A stretch of DNA of 64,000 bases. Origin: Acidimicrobiia bacterium. Lineage in GTDB: Bacteria; Actinomycetota; Acidimicrobiia; Spongiisociales; ZC4RG35. The position numbers and the translations under genes were made by a program. The notes under the pieces were generated by a model. The model was not told the origin of the DNA, did not search any database, and saw nothing but the letters and a program-made list of their open reading frames with translations. Where the stretch lies: positions 10,955 through 74,954 of the forward strand of contig JBGTFH010000050.1 of the NCBI GenBank assembly GCA_041747375.1, given 5' to 3'. This document shows positions 18,378 to 27,064 of this stretch, piece by piece (the first letter of the stretch is position 1; each line of letters starts with the position of its first letter).

Positions 18378-19485
18378 CCGCTGAGAACCAGAAGGTGACC
18401 GCACCCCAGAATGAGTCCGGGCCTGCTTCAGGCGATCTCGTCGTTTCAACGACCGGGGATGGCTCCGGGATGGGCTCGCCGCCAATCGGGCCCGGTTGTT
18501 CGAGGAGCAATCCCTCCCCGGCGAGGTGGAGCATCACTTCTGAATCCCGGGCAACCGTCCGTGGCCCGGGGGCGACCCGGGGTTGTGGGGAAACGTAGGG
18601 CTGGCCGCTGCTCAACATCTGGTAGTAGGGCATGTCGTCGAATGCGTAGTCGAATAGGAGTTCGGCGTCAGCGAAGTGCTGGCGTCTCCCTTCGCTCCCC
18701 AAGACAACAACATAGATCATCCGCCCATCGCGTTCGGCGGCGGCGACGAATGTCAGCAGCGCCTGGAAGGTGAATCCCGTCTTGATACCGGCCATACCCT
18801 CGTACTCACCCAACATGAGATTGGTGGTCTGGGCGATCCGGGCGGTGCCGTCGGGCGCCGGCGGGAACGCATACGAGCGGGACCGGACCGCTTCGGCAAA
18901 TTCGGGGTAGGCCATGGCTTCCCTGGTGAGTACCACCAGGTCTCGCGCCGACGAGTAATGGTTGGCGGCATCGAGCCCGTGCGGGTTGGCGAAATTCGTG
19001 TGTTCCAGACCCAACGCGGCGACGCGAGTATTCATGAGGCCGACAAATCCGTCGACCGAACCCCCGATGTGCTCGGCGAGGGCAGTGGCAGCGTCATTTG
19101 CCGAATGGATCATCAAGGCCTTGAAGAGTTGCTCTACGGTTACCTTCTCACCGGCCTCGAGCTCGATCTCCTTCTCGCCCGTCGCCGCGGCCTTCTCCGA
19201 AACCGTCACCAACTCGTCGGGATGCCCGTATTCCATGACGAGGAGGCCGGTCATGATTTTAGTAATGGACGCAATCGCCCGTTCATCGTTGGAATTGCGG
19301 GACGCAAGGATGGCGTCGGCATTGGCGTCATAGACCAACCAGCTCGGCGCTGTCGGATGCGGGGCGTTCGGGACCGGCCACGGATCATCGATCTGGACGG
19401 GATAAGTCAGGGGCGCAGCCGAGGCGGGCACCACCAGGCCGGACAGCGCCGCGACGGCGAGGAGTATCGTTATGGAGCGTCTCAT
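18370..19485 (-). CDS. D-alanyl-D-alanine carboxypeptidase (peptidase S11, low-MW PBP)
   Basis: It has a signal peptide and the three PBP motifs: SITK (SxxK), SAND (SxN) and KTG. Its ATG overlaps the stop of the upstream MerR gene (ATGA). Confidence 0.85.
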   Translation of the reverse strand: MRRSITILLAVAALSGLVVPASAAPLTYPVQIDDPWPVPNAPHPTAPSWLVYDANADAILASRNSNDERAIASITKIMTGLLVMEYGHPDELVTVSEKAAATGEKEIELEAGEKVTVEQLFKALMIHSANDAATALAEHIGGSVDGFVGLMNTRVAALGLEHTNFANPHGLDAANHYSSARDLVVLTREAMAYPEFAEAVRSRSYAFPPAPDGTARIAQTTNLMLGEYEGMAGIKTGFTFQALLTFVAAAERDGRMIYVVVLGSEGRRQHFADAELLFDYAFDDMPYYQMLSSGQPYVSPQPRVAPGPRTVARDSEVMLHLAGEGLLLEQPGPIGGEPIPEPSPVVETTRSPEAGPDSFWGAVTFWFSAGE

Positions 19486-20162
19486 ATGTTGAAAAGGCGG
19501 CGGAGTTCTCCGTTGAGCATCGCTTTGTGCATTGCTTGAATCGAGTCGTTCGAGGCCGCAAGCAGATCACGCGCCTGTTCCTGTGCCTCTGCGTTGCTGG
19601 CCCGGTTCAGCGGCTCGACGAGCTGGCGGATCAAATCGGCTTCCCGGTCGACTGACAGCTTGATCGAACGGATATGCCGGGGTTCAAGGCCAAGCTCCAT
19701 GAGGCGTCTCGCTTCGGAAGCAATAATACCGGCCTGCGGGGGGAATACGTCTGAGTCGTCGATCGGGACGACGATTCTGGCGTCGATGAGCGCGTCCAGG
19801 TCGCCTTCGGATAGTGACGACCGTTTCAAGATCTCATCGCGACTCAATGGCTCCCCGGCACCATCTGAATTGAGATCCTCGACTTCATCACGGCCCGGTT
19901 CCTCACCCCGCTCCCAGAGGGTCAACTTGGACTTGATCACCTTCAAAGGGAGGAAATGGTCGCGCTGTTGTTGAAGGATGAACCTGATTCGGGCGATCTC
20001 ATCCCGCCCGAACTGGCGGTATCCACTCGACGTCCGATGCGGATCGACCAGCCCCTGCGACTCGAGAAACCTGATCTTCGATACCGAAACGTCGGGAAAT
20101 TCGTCCCTGAGCTGGTTGATCACCTCGCCGATGCTGAGAAGATCGGTCTCAGACATCGCCAT
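19482..20162 (-). CDS. MerR-family regulator (FtsR / Rv1828-like position)
   Basis: It has an N-terminal HTH, LSIGEVINQLRDEFPDVSVSKIRFLESQGLV. It sits directly after the FHA gene, as in other actinobacteria. Confidence 0.8.
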   Translation of the reverse strand: MAMSETDLLSIGEVINQLRDEFPDVSVSKIRFLESQGLVDPHRTSSGYRQFGRDEIARIRFILQQQRDHFLPLKVIKSKLTLWERGEEPGRDEVEDLNSDGAGEPLSRDEILKRSSLSEGDLDALIDARIVVPIDDSDVFPPQAGIIASEARRLMELGLEPRHIRSIKLSVDREADLIRQLVEPLNRASNAEAQEQARDLLAASNDSIQAMHKAMLNGELRRLFNI

Positions 20163-20604
20163 GGGCGACTACGAAGTGGAACCGCCCAACCAACACCTCA
20201 TCACCGGGCGACAGAGGCGAAGAATCAACCCTCTGTTCGTTGACATAGGTCCCGTTTGTCGACCCGCTGTCCTCGACACTCAGTTCGGTGTCGGCCACCA
20301 CAAACCTGCAGTGATGACGCGATACGGTGACGTCGTTGAGGAATACGTCACTCTCCGGGTGCCGCCCCACCGTGGTGTTCCCCTCGGGCAGGAGAAATGT
20401 GAGTCCGGCGCGGGGGCCCTGCTCGACGACGAGGGCAAATCCGGAAAACCCCTCGACACTGGAGGCTTCCTCCCTGGTCAGCGGGTGTTCGGCACGATCG
20501 TTGAGCGGCACATAAACCACTGTTGGGTCATTGTCGACCTCAACTACAGGTTCATTGTCGGGTTCGGGGCGGTTTTCGTCAGCCATCAAGGTCAGATGAT
20601 ACAT
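20149..20604 (-). CDS. FHA-domain protein (GarA/OdhI-like position)
   Basis: It has the FHA core TVGRHPESDVFLNDVTVSRHHCRF...GSTNGTYVN. The product is 151 aa. Confidence 0.85.
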   Translation of the reverse strand: MYHLTLMADENRPEPDNEPVVEVDNDPTVVYVPLNDRAEHPLTREEASSVEGFSGFALVVEQGPRAGLTFLLPEGNTTVGRHPESDVFLNDVTVSRHHCRFVVADTELSVEDSGSTNGTYVNEQRVDSSPLSPGDEVLVGRFHFVVAHGDV

Positions 20605-20634
20605 GCGCGATCTGGCTGAATCCGGATTCGGGTC

Positions 20635-21012
20635 CTATTCGGTCAGGCTGCGATATGCACCCGCGTCGAGGAAGGTGCTGGTGTCCAGTTCTTCGTCAGG
20701 TTGGATCTCCACAAGCCAACCCTCGTCATATGGGCTCTTGTTGACGAGTTCAGGGTTGGCGGAAACACTTTCATTGACGGCGACGATCTCGCCTGCGACC
20801 GGGGCGTACACCTCACCAACCGATTTGGTCGATTCCACCTCCACCAGGATGTCTTCCTTCGCAACCCGCGATCCGACTTCTGGTAGTTCCACGTAGACGA
20901 TGTCACCTAGTTGGTCCTGCGCAAAGTCGGAGATCCCGATCCGCAGAAGACCATCGAGTTGTTGAATCCACTCGTGTTCGTCTGTGTAAGAAAGGCCTTC
21001 GGGTATTTGCAT
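20635..21012 (-). CDS. gcvH: glycine cleavage system protein H
   Basis: 125 aa. It carries the lipoyl-lysine motif VESTKSV. Confidence 0.9.
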   Translation of the reverse strand: MQIPEGLSYTDEHEWIQQLDGLLRIGISDFAQDQLGDIVYVELPEVGSRVAKEDILVEVESTKSVGEVYAPVAGEIVAVNESVSANPELVNKSPYDEGWLVEIQPDEELDTSTFLDAGAYRSLTE

Positions 21013-21623
21013 TAGTTCTCCTCGATCCTGCTGCTGGCAGTGGAAGTCGACTCTACCGCCGAGAGACGGTCACGGGCATCACCGATGTACTGGAACAGCA
21101 CATACCAGTACAGGACCAGACCGATGAGACCGAACACCCAACCGAGGAGGAGGAACAGGTCATGCCACACGTCGGCACCGGCGAGATAGAAGGCGGGGAT
21201 TGCACCGTAGATGATGAAGGTGGCCCATTTTCCGAGTTTCCGCACAGGCAGGGTGCCGCCACCGCGAGAAATCAGGACCAGCGCCACGACGGCCATGATC
21301 ACCTCCCGGAGCAAAAGTGGAATCCCGATCCAACCGGGGACGACTCCCACGATGAGACCACCGACTACAGCGGACACGATCATTAGCCGATCGGCGATAG
21401 GGTCGAGGGCCTTCCCCAAATCTGAGACCTGATTGAGCCTGCGGGCGAGATACCCGTCGATCCAATCGGTCCAACCGATGAGAAAGATCAGCCACGCTCC
21501 CATGACGATGTTCTCTTCGACCAGGATGACCCACCAGAAGACACCGACACCGATAAGACGGATAAACGTGACGACGTTGGGAATCGTCAGGATTCGGCTG
21601 GATGTCGTTGCGGGGACTGCCAC
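21012..21623 (-). CDS. CDP-alcohol phosphatidyltransferase family protein
   Basis: It has the DGYLARRLNQVSDLGKALDPIADR motif and multiple TM segments. Confidence 0.85.
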   Translation of the reverse strand: MAVPATTSSRILTIPNVVTFIRLIGVGVFWWVILVEENIVMGAWLIFLIGWTDWIDGYLARRLNQVSDLGKALDPIADRLMIVSAVVGGLIVGVVPGWIGIPLLLREVIMAVVALVLISRGGGTLPVRKLGKWATFIIYGAIPAFYLAGADVWHDLFLLLGWVFGLIGLVLYWYVLFQYIGDARDRLSAVESTSTASSRIEEN

Positions 21624-21644
21624 CGGGCCAGGCTATCCGGTTTT

Positions 21645-23474
21645 CTAGGGCTTGGGGGTCACCAGCTCGATCCCGGCGAAGGCGGCCTGTATCCCTCCGA
21701 GAACCTGCTGGTCCGGGAATGTGACCAGATCCGATCGATAGGCCTCAGTTATCTGGCTCGCGTAGAGCGGGAGATAAGGCAGGTCTGCCGCGATCAAGGC
21801 CTCGATCTCCCAGATGATCTCCCTGGCCCGCTCATCGTCGGGCGCCGAATCGAGCATTCTCACCAGGCGGTCCATGGCCGGGCTGGTGTATCCCGTGTTG
21901 TTGGCGGCGCCCTTCGAGCCGAAGAGGTCGCCATAAAAAGAGGGGAGACCCGGATTACCCAACGACCAGCCGAGGAGAACCATGTCGTATTGGAGATTGC
22001 CGGTTTCATCAGGGGTAAATGTGAGGTCAACGACACTGGCGAAGTCGGTAGTGACGGGAATCACCTCGAACCCGAGCAATTCGATCGACGACGCGATTTG
22101 GTCGGCGTAGTCGGGTCGGGCTGGGTCGTAGGAATCGCCGGACGTGAGGATGGTGAGGGCAGCGGGTGGACGGCCCTGGATCTGTAGGCCCTCGCCTGCG
22201 ACCATTTCGCTGCCATTCCATGTGGGCTCGACGCTCCAGGTGTACCCGGCTGCTTTCAGGCCGGCCAGCACCGCCGCCAGACCCTCTGCGGGCTCAATTG
22301 AGTAGCCCTCAGCAATGGCAGCAGCCGCTTCGGTGTCATACCAGGCGGTTGCAGCCGCTGGCAGCATCGTGTTCGCCAGCGGGGTGGAAGCAACTTCCGA
22401 TGCGAGGGTGTCTCTGTCGACCAGGAACGCGACGGCCTGTCGAAACGCGACTTCCTTCATCGGTTCGCGGTGGGTGTTGAAGCTGAGATACCTGACCCCG
22501 AATTTCGGGTTGGTGACCGTAGCCACACCGTCGACACCGGCCAGGTCTGCCACCTGGTCGGGTTGAAGCCCATTCGGGGAGGCCAACAGGTCTACGTGGC
22601 CGTCAACCAGAGCTGAAACTGCATCGTCTTCGGACGCAAAGACCAGATATTCCACAGTCGGAGCAGAGTTGTTGTCCGGATAACCGGGATTGGCCCGGGC
22701 GACAATACGGCCCTCACCCACCTCCACGATCTCACTCGGGCCCCCGGCGACGTCATGATGGGCGTCGAGCGCAAACAAGTCCTCCGGAGTCATCCCGGTG
22801 CTGAGATTGGTCCCCCAGATATGGCTTGCCATCACCGGTGCCGTCCCCGCGCCATACGGCCAGGTACTGAGACTGGGACGTGAGGCAAAAGTGATCTCGA
22901 CATGGACATCGTCTAGCGCAGAGACACCGGTCACGCTCGGCGGGAATACGTCGGCCCATTGGCCGCCAAGGCCGAGTGATCTGACCGTGCGATAAGTGAA
23001 CGCAACGTCACTCGCGGTCATCCGTATGCCATCGCTCCACATCATGTCATCTCGCAACGTCACTATCGTGCGCCACCCGTCGGCATTCCAGGTTGGATCG
23101 GCGAGTGATACAGCGAGCTCCGGGATGATTTCCAGGGTCGTCGGGTCGACTCGATAGAGGCTAGCTTTGGTTGGTGCGAGGATGTAGGCGTCCCAAACAG
23201 TTGGCGCCGAGCCGAAGTACTTCCAGAAGTTCTCTGTGCTCACACCGTCAAGCAGGCCCAGCTTGTATACAAAGTCTTCATCGTCGACAACCTGGTCCAC
23301 AGGTGCGGCCGTTGAGGTCTCTCCGGTCGGGGCTGCCTCAACCGGGTTGAGGTCCTGCTCGAAGATCTCGACGGGCTTTTCCTCGGAATGGGAAAGAAGT
23401 TGCACCGAGGCCCCGATCGCGAGGGCGACCAGAATTGACGATGCAGCGAAGGTTCGAATGAGTTTGTCGGGCAA
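21645..23474 (-). CDS. ABC transporter substrate-binding protein, family 5 (peptide/nickel type), orphan
   Basis: 609 aa with an N-terminal signal anchor and SBP_bac_5-like sequence. No permease or ATPase genes are adjacent. Confidence 0.75.
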   Translation of the reverse strand: MPDKLIRTFAASSILVALAIGASVQLLSHSEEKPVEIFEQDLNPVEAAPTGETSTAAPVDQVVDDEDFVYKLGLLDGVSTENFWKYFGSAPTVWDAYILAPTKASLYRVDPTTLEIIPELAVSLADPTWNADGWRTIVTLRDDMMWSDGIRMTASDVAFTYRTVRSLGLGGQWADVFPPSVTGVSALDDVHVEITFASRPSLSTWPYGAGTAPVMASHIWGTNLSTGMTPEDLFALDAHHDVAGGPSEIVEVGEGRIVARANPGYPDNNSAPTVEYLVFASEDDAVSALVDGHVDLLASPNGLQPDQVADLAGVDGVATVTNPKFGVRYLSFNTHREPMKEVAFRQAVAFLVDRDTLASEVASTPLANTMLPAAATAWYDTEAAAAIAEGYSIEPAEGLAAVLAGLKAAGYTWSVEPTWNGSEMVAGEGLQIQGRPPAALTILTSGDSYDPARPDYADQIASSIELLGFEVIPVTTDFASVVDLTFTPDETGNLQYDMVLLGWSLGNPGLPSFYGDLFGSKGAANNTGYTSPAMDRLVRMLDSAPDDERAREIIWEIEALIAADLPYLPLYASQITEAYRSDLVTFPDQQVLGGIQAAFAGIELVTPKP

Positions 23475-23599
23475 TTTCTGTTTGTCCTCCCGACGAATTG
23501 TCGGCAGGAATCAACTGTCCCTTAATGAAAAGCCCTTCCCCGGCATCGAGAGGACCCGGGTGCGGTCTTGACCGATCGCCCGATTAGTATTCCCGGTTC

Positions 23600-23674
23600 C
23601 GGGCTGTGGCGCAGCTTGGTTAGCGCGCCGGTCTGGGGGACCGGAGGTCGGGAGTTCAAATCTCCCCAGCCCGA
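23600..23674 (+). tRNA. tRNA-Pro (anticodon GGG)
   Basis: A manual cloverleaf fits: acceptor CGGGCTG/CAGCCCG, anticodon arm CCGGT-CTGGGGG-ACCGG with the anticodon at 23635-23637, and T-arm GGGAG-TTCAAAT-CTCCC. CCA is not encoded. Confidence 0.9.
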
Positions 23675-23692
23675 CTGATTCCAGGCACCCGG

Positions 23693-23851
23693 CTATCCGC
23701 TGAGTGCCTGGAACAGCCACACCACAGCCTGGCCGAGACGGTAGAGCAGGTAGAGGCCGACCAGCACCACCATGATTTTGAAGCTGAGCGGTGTCGGAAG
23801 ATCCAACTCCTGGTGATTCTCTTCGAATTCCTCGCCAGGCCCGACTGTCAT
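23693..23851 (-). CDS. hypothetical small membrane protein (52 aa), below ORF-track cutoff
   Basis: Its ATG overlaps the der stop (ATGA). The product MTVGPGEEFEENHQELDLPTPLSFKIMVVLVGLYLLYRLGQAVVWLFQALSG has an acidic head and one TM helix. Confidence 0.45.
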   Translation of the reverse strand: MTVGPGEEFEENHQELDLPTPLSFKIMVVLVGLYLLYRLGQAVVWLFQALSG

Positions 23852-25161
23852 TTCCTCGCCTTCTTCCGGGCCACGATGTGCACCGGATTCCCGATGAAAT
23901 CGAATGAATCGCGAAGTTTGTTCTCCAGATATCTCAGATAATCATCCGGCAGGTCACCGCCCGAAGTGAAGAGAACGAATGTTGGCGGGGCCACCCCCGC
24001 TTGGACGGCATAGTGAATCTTGGTCCTTCGCCCTTTCCGGATAGGCGGCAGATGGGCGGAGGTCCAATCCCTGATAAGGCGATTCAATTGGCCCGTCCCC
24101 ACCCGGTTGACCCTCGCCTCGAGTACCGATTCGACGATCCCACCGAGACGTCCCAGCCTCGCACCTGTTGCCGAAGAGAGCCTCATCACCGGCGCCCAAT
24201 CGACGAAGCCGAACCGATCGGGAATTGACTGCTCGGTTTCCTCTCTCTGCTCTTCGTCGATCGCATCCCACTTGTTGAGCAATATGACCAAGCCGGTCCC
24301 GGCGTCCGCGACTTCACGGGCAATCCGCTGGTCCTGGTGGGTCACCCCATCGAGTGCGTCGATCATCAACAGGGCGACGTCGGCCTCTTTAAGAGCTTCC
24401 CGTGCCCGGACCACCGCATAGAAGTCGGCGTCTTCGGCGATTTGGGGCTTGCGGCGGATTCCGGCGGTGTCAACGAGGGTGTACTCCACGCCATCCATCT
24501 CGATCTCGACGTCAATAGGGTCGCGTGTCGTACCCGGGGTGTCTGACACGATCACCCTGTTCTCGCCGACGAGTTTGTTGAGGAGGGTCGATTTGCCGAC
24601 ATTGGGCCGGCCGATGATGGCCAGACGGGGACGAGTTCTGGCGCGCTGTCCTCCTTCATCTTCCGGCAAGAGAGAAACCATACGATCGAGGAGCTCACCG
24701 ACGCCTCGCCCGTGGTATGCGCTGATCGGAAACGGCTCGTCGAGCCCGAGCTTCCACAGTCTGCCGACGTCGACCTCGGCGCCTGCGTTGTCCACCTTGT
24801 TGGCGACCAGCACCACCGGTACCCCGGCGTCGCGGAGCACCGAAATCACTCCGGTGTCGTCATCGGAGAGATCGGCCATGGCATCGACCACCACCATCAC
24901 GACATCGGCCCCGGAAAGGGCGGCCTCGGCCTGCTCTTTGATGGAGAGGTCGATGCCCGAGACCGGTTTCAGCTCCCATCCGCCGGTATCGACCAGGATG
25001 AATTCTCGCCCCGCCCACTCGGCCTCGAAAAGCCGTCGGTCACGTGTCACACCCGGCATTTCCTCGACTACGGCTGTTCTGCTCCCGATAATCCGATTGA
25101 CCAGCGTCGACTTCCCGACATTGGGCCGGCCCACCACGGCGACCACGGGCAGGGTGCTCAT
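23848..25161 (-). CDS. der: ribosome-biogenesis GTPase Der (EngA)
   Basis: It has two tandem G domains, each with GRPNVGKST, plus a KH-like C-terminus. Confidence 0.92.
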   Translation of the reverse strand: MSTLPVVAVVGRPNVGKSTLVNRIIGSRTAVVEEMPGVTRDRRLFEAEWAGREFILVDTGGWELKPVSGIDLSIKEQAEAALSGADVVMVVVDAMADLSDDDTGVISVLRDAGVPVVLVANKVDNAGAEVDVGRLWKLGLDEPFPISAYHGRGVGELLDRMVSLLPEDEGGQRARTRPRLAIIGRPNVGKSTLLNKLVGENRVIVSDTPGTTRDPIDVEIEMDGVEYTLVDTAGIRRKPQIAEDADFYAVVRAREALKEADVALLMIDALDGVTHQDQRIAREVADAGTGLVILLNKWDAIDEEQREETEQSIPDRFGFVDWAPVMRLSSATGARLGRLGGIVESVLEARVNRVGTGQLNRLIRDWTSAHLPPIRKGRRTKIHYAVQAGVAPPTFVLFTSGGDLPDDYLRYLENKLRDSFDFIGNPVHIVARKKARK

Positions 25162-25162
25162 T

Positions 25163-26221
25163 TCAGGCGCTTATGAGATTGAGGGCTTCGGAGGCGGTCC
25201 AGGTACGGTCGTTCTCGAGATAACCCGGTCCCCCGGTTTTCTGCGCCGTCACACCGGCCTCGACCAACGTCTGGAGCGTGCTCACAAACGCACGGAGCTG
25301 CGGGGGCAATGGGAAGTACTCGCCCTCCTCGGTCACTCTCCACAACTCGAAACCATTTGCAGGGTCGAGACGATCGATAACCTCCTGGATGAGATGATCG
25401 GGCGCACTGGCGCCGGCAGTCAACCCCACCACCTTCTTATCCGTCAGCCACTCAGGACGAATGTCTTCTGCCGAATCGATCCGATAGGCATCCACTCCGG
25501 ATTCGAGGGCGTAACGCACCAGGGCCTGGGTGTTCGACGAATTGTGGGAACCGACCACGAGAATAAGATCACATTCCGCACTCAACTGGCCAACCGCTTC
25601 CTGACGATTGGTCGTTGCGTAGCAAAGGTCCGACTTCCGGGCCGTCGCCAGCTCGGGAAATCGCTCACTGGCGTCTTCCATGACCTGACGCCATTCATGG
25701 ACACCCAAAGTGGTCTGGGCGAGGAGGGCCACCTTCGACGGATCGGCCGGCTGATAATCGCCGAGACCGGTTTCGGGTTCGACGAGGGTTATCGATTCCG
25801 GTGCCTCCGCAACGGTGCCCACGGCCTCGTCATGTCCGTTGTGACCTATGTAGATGATCTCATAGCCCTTCCCGGCCATCGTTTTCACCTCATGGTGCAC
25901 CTTGGTCACGAGGGGGCATACCGCGTCGATCACGACTGCGGCACGGTTGCCGGCCGCCGAAACCACCTCGGGCGCAGACCCGTGAGCGGAGAGCATGATC
26001 GGGGCGCCTTCAGGCACTTCCCCGATGTCGTTGACGAAGATCACCCCGACCTTCTCGAATGCTTGAACCACCCACTCGTTGTGGACGATCTCGTGATAGC
26101 AGTACACGGGAGGTTCGAAAATCCGTGTCATCCAGGTGAGTGCCTTGATCGCCATTTCCACACCTGCGCAAAATCCACGCGGCTCGGCAAGCAGCACTCG
26201 GTCAATTGTCATACCCACCAT
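25163..26221 (-). CDS. ispH: 4-hydroxy-3-methylbut-2-enyl diphosphate reductase
   Basis: LLAEPRGFCAGVEMAIKAL is an IspH N-terminus. An alternative start lies at 26212. Confidence 0.9.
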   Translation of the reverse strand: MVGMTIDRVLLAEPRGFCAGVEMAIKALTWMTRIFEPPVYCYHEIVHNEWVVQAFEKVGVIFVNDIGEVPEGAPIMLSAHGSAPEVVSAAGNRAAVVIDAVCPLVTKVHHEVKTMAGKGYEIIYIGHNGHDEAVGTVAEAPESITLVEPETGLGDYQPADPSKVALLAQTTLGVHEWRQVMEDASERFPELATARKSDLCYATTNRQEAVGQLSAECDLILVVGSHNSSNTQALVRYALESGVDAYRIDSAEDIRPEWLTDKKVVGLTAGASAPDHLIQEVIDRLDPANGFELWRVTEEGEYFPLPPQLRAFVSTLQTLVEAGVTAQKTGGPGYLENDRTWTASEALNLISA

Positions 26222-26232
26222 GGTAGGTGGAC

Positions 26233-26883
26233 TTACCGGGAAGCGGTTCTGACCAACTCGACGATTCGCTCGACCACATCGGACACTTCGAGATTCGAGG
26301 TGTCGATTAGGAAGGCGTCATCGGGGACGACCAGAGGAGAAGCATCCCGGAGTGAGTCCTGGCTGTCCCGACTGCCCAGCTCGGCAAGAACGTCACCGAA
26401 TTTCTGACCCGTTTCCCGGGCTCTTCGGGCCGCTCTCACTGATGGGTCGGCCTCGAGGAAGACTTTCACTCCGGCATCCGGAAATACCACAGAGCCGATG
26501 TCACGCCCTTCGACGACACCGGTGTCGCCATGGAGCTCGACCCAGCACCGCTGATGATCAACGAGGGCCGACCGGACCTTGGGATGTGTCGCCACGGTTG
26601 ATGAGGCGGTGGCTACAAGGGGGTCACGGATCTCGACCGAGACGTCTTCGCCGTCGATCAACATTCGGCCGTCCTCCTGATCGAAAAATGCCGATCCCAC
26701 CGCTGCCACCACCCCCGATTCGTCGTCGAGGTCAACTCCATTGCGCAGTGCGACCAGGGCGGCGGCCCGATAAAAGGCACCCGTGTCGAGATGCGGCAGG
26801 CCCAAAGCCGCGGCCACGCGCCGGGAAACGGTGCTCTTGCCGGTGCCGGCCGGTCCATCAATGGTGACGATGAGAGATCTCAA
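26233..26883 (-). CDS. cmk: cytidylate kinase
   Basis: It has TIDGPAGTGKSTVSR...LDTGAFYRA. The start codon is TTG. Confidence 0.9.
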   Translation of the reverse strand: MRSLIVTIDGPAGTGKSTVSRRVAAALGLPHLDTGAFYRAAALVALRNGVDLDDESGVVAAVGSAFFDQEDGRMLIDGEDVSVEIRDPLVATASSTVATHPKVRSALVDHQRCWVELHGDTGVVEGRDIGSVVFPDAGVKVFLEADPSVRAARRARETGQKFGDVLAELGSRDSQDSLRDASPLVVPDDAFLIDTSNLEVSDVVERIVELVRTASR

Positions 26884-26907
26884 CCAATGCGAGCATAAAC
26901 CGAAGTG

Positions 26908-26997
26908 AAATCAAAAACGGAGAGGTACCGGCCCGGGGCGTCCTAGATGGGGGTTGTCTGGACAATGGGGGCAATTGGACCGGTATGACCCTCTCCG
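26908..26997 (-). ncRNA. candidate structured sRNA (6C-like: C-rich loops inside a closing stem, U-tail)
   Basis: On the minus sense, CGGAGAGG-(GUCA)-UACCGG pairs with CCGGUA-CCUCUCCG and is followed by UUUUUGAUUU. The 48-nt interior carries UGCCCCC, CAACCCCCA and GCCCCG segments in small hairpins. The fold was made by eye only. Confidence 0.3.
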
Positions 26998-27000
26998 TAC

Positions 27001-27028
27001 ATTACAAACATAGCAAAAGCGATTCGAA
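27001..27028 (-). promoter_or_regulatory. sigma70-like promoter candidate for the sRNA candidate (TTCGAA-N16-TGTAAT)
   Basis: An AT-rich patch unusual for this window lies here. A -10-like TGTAAT ends 3 nt before the closing stem, and a -35-like TTCGAA sits 16 nt upstream of it. Confidence 0.25.
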
Positions 27029-27064
27029 GTAGGAACTCTTTTGTAGAACTTTTTGAACGATGGT

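Noticed and set aside
23568-23590. TTGACC ... TAGTAT as a sigma70 promoter for tRNA-Pro
   Set aside because: The two hexamers are only 11 nt apart, too short for a standard -35/-10 pair. The TAGTAT box alone (9 nt before the tRNA) may be a -10 element, but this cannot be supported without mapping.
23511-23720. 69-aa minus-strand ORF covering the tRNA-Pro locus
   Set aside because: It lies antisense to a clean tRNA cloverleaf. The real small ORF in this area is the der-coupled 52-aa frame at 23693-23851.
24449-26407. 652-aa plus-strand ORF across der, ispH and cmk
   Set aside because: It lies antisense to three strongly recognisable minus-strand genes. The product is low-complexity and Ser/Arg/Pro-rich, so it is a shadow ORF.
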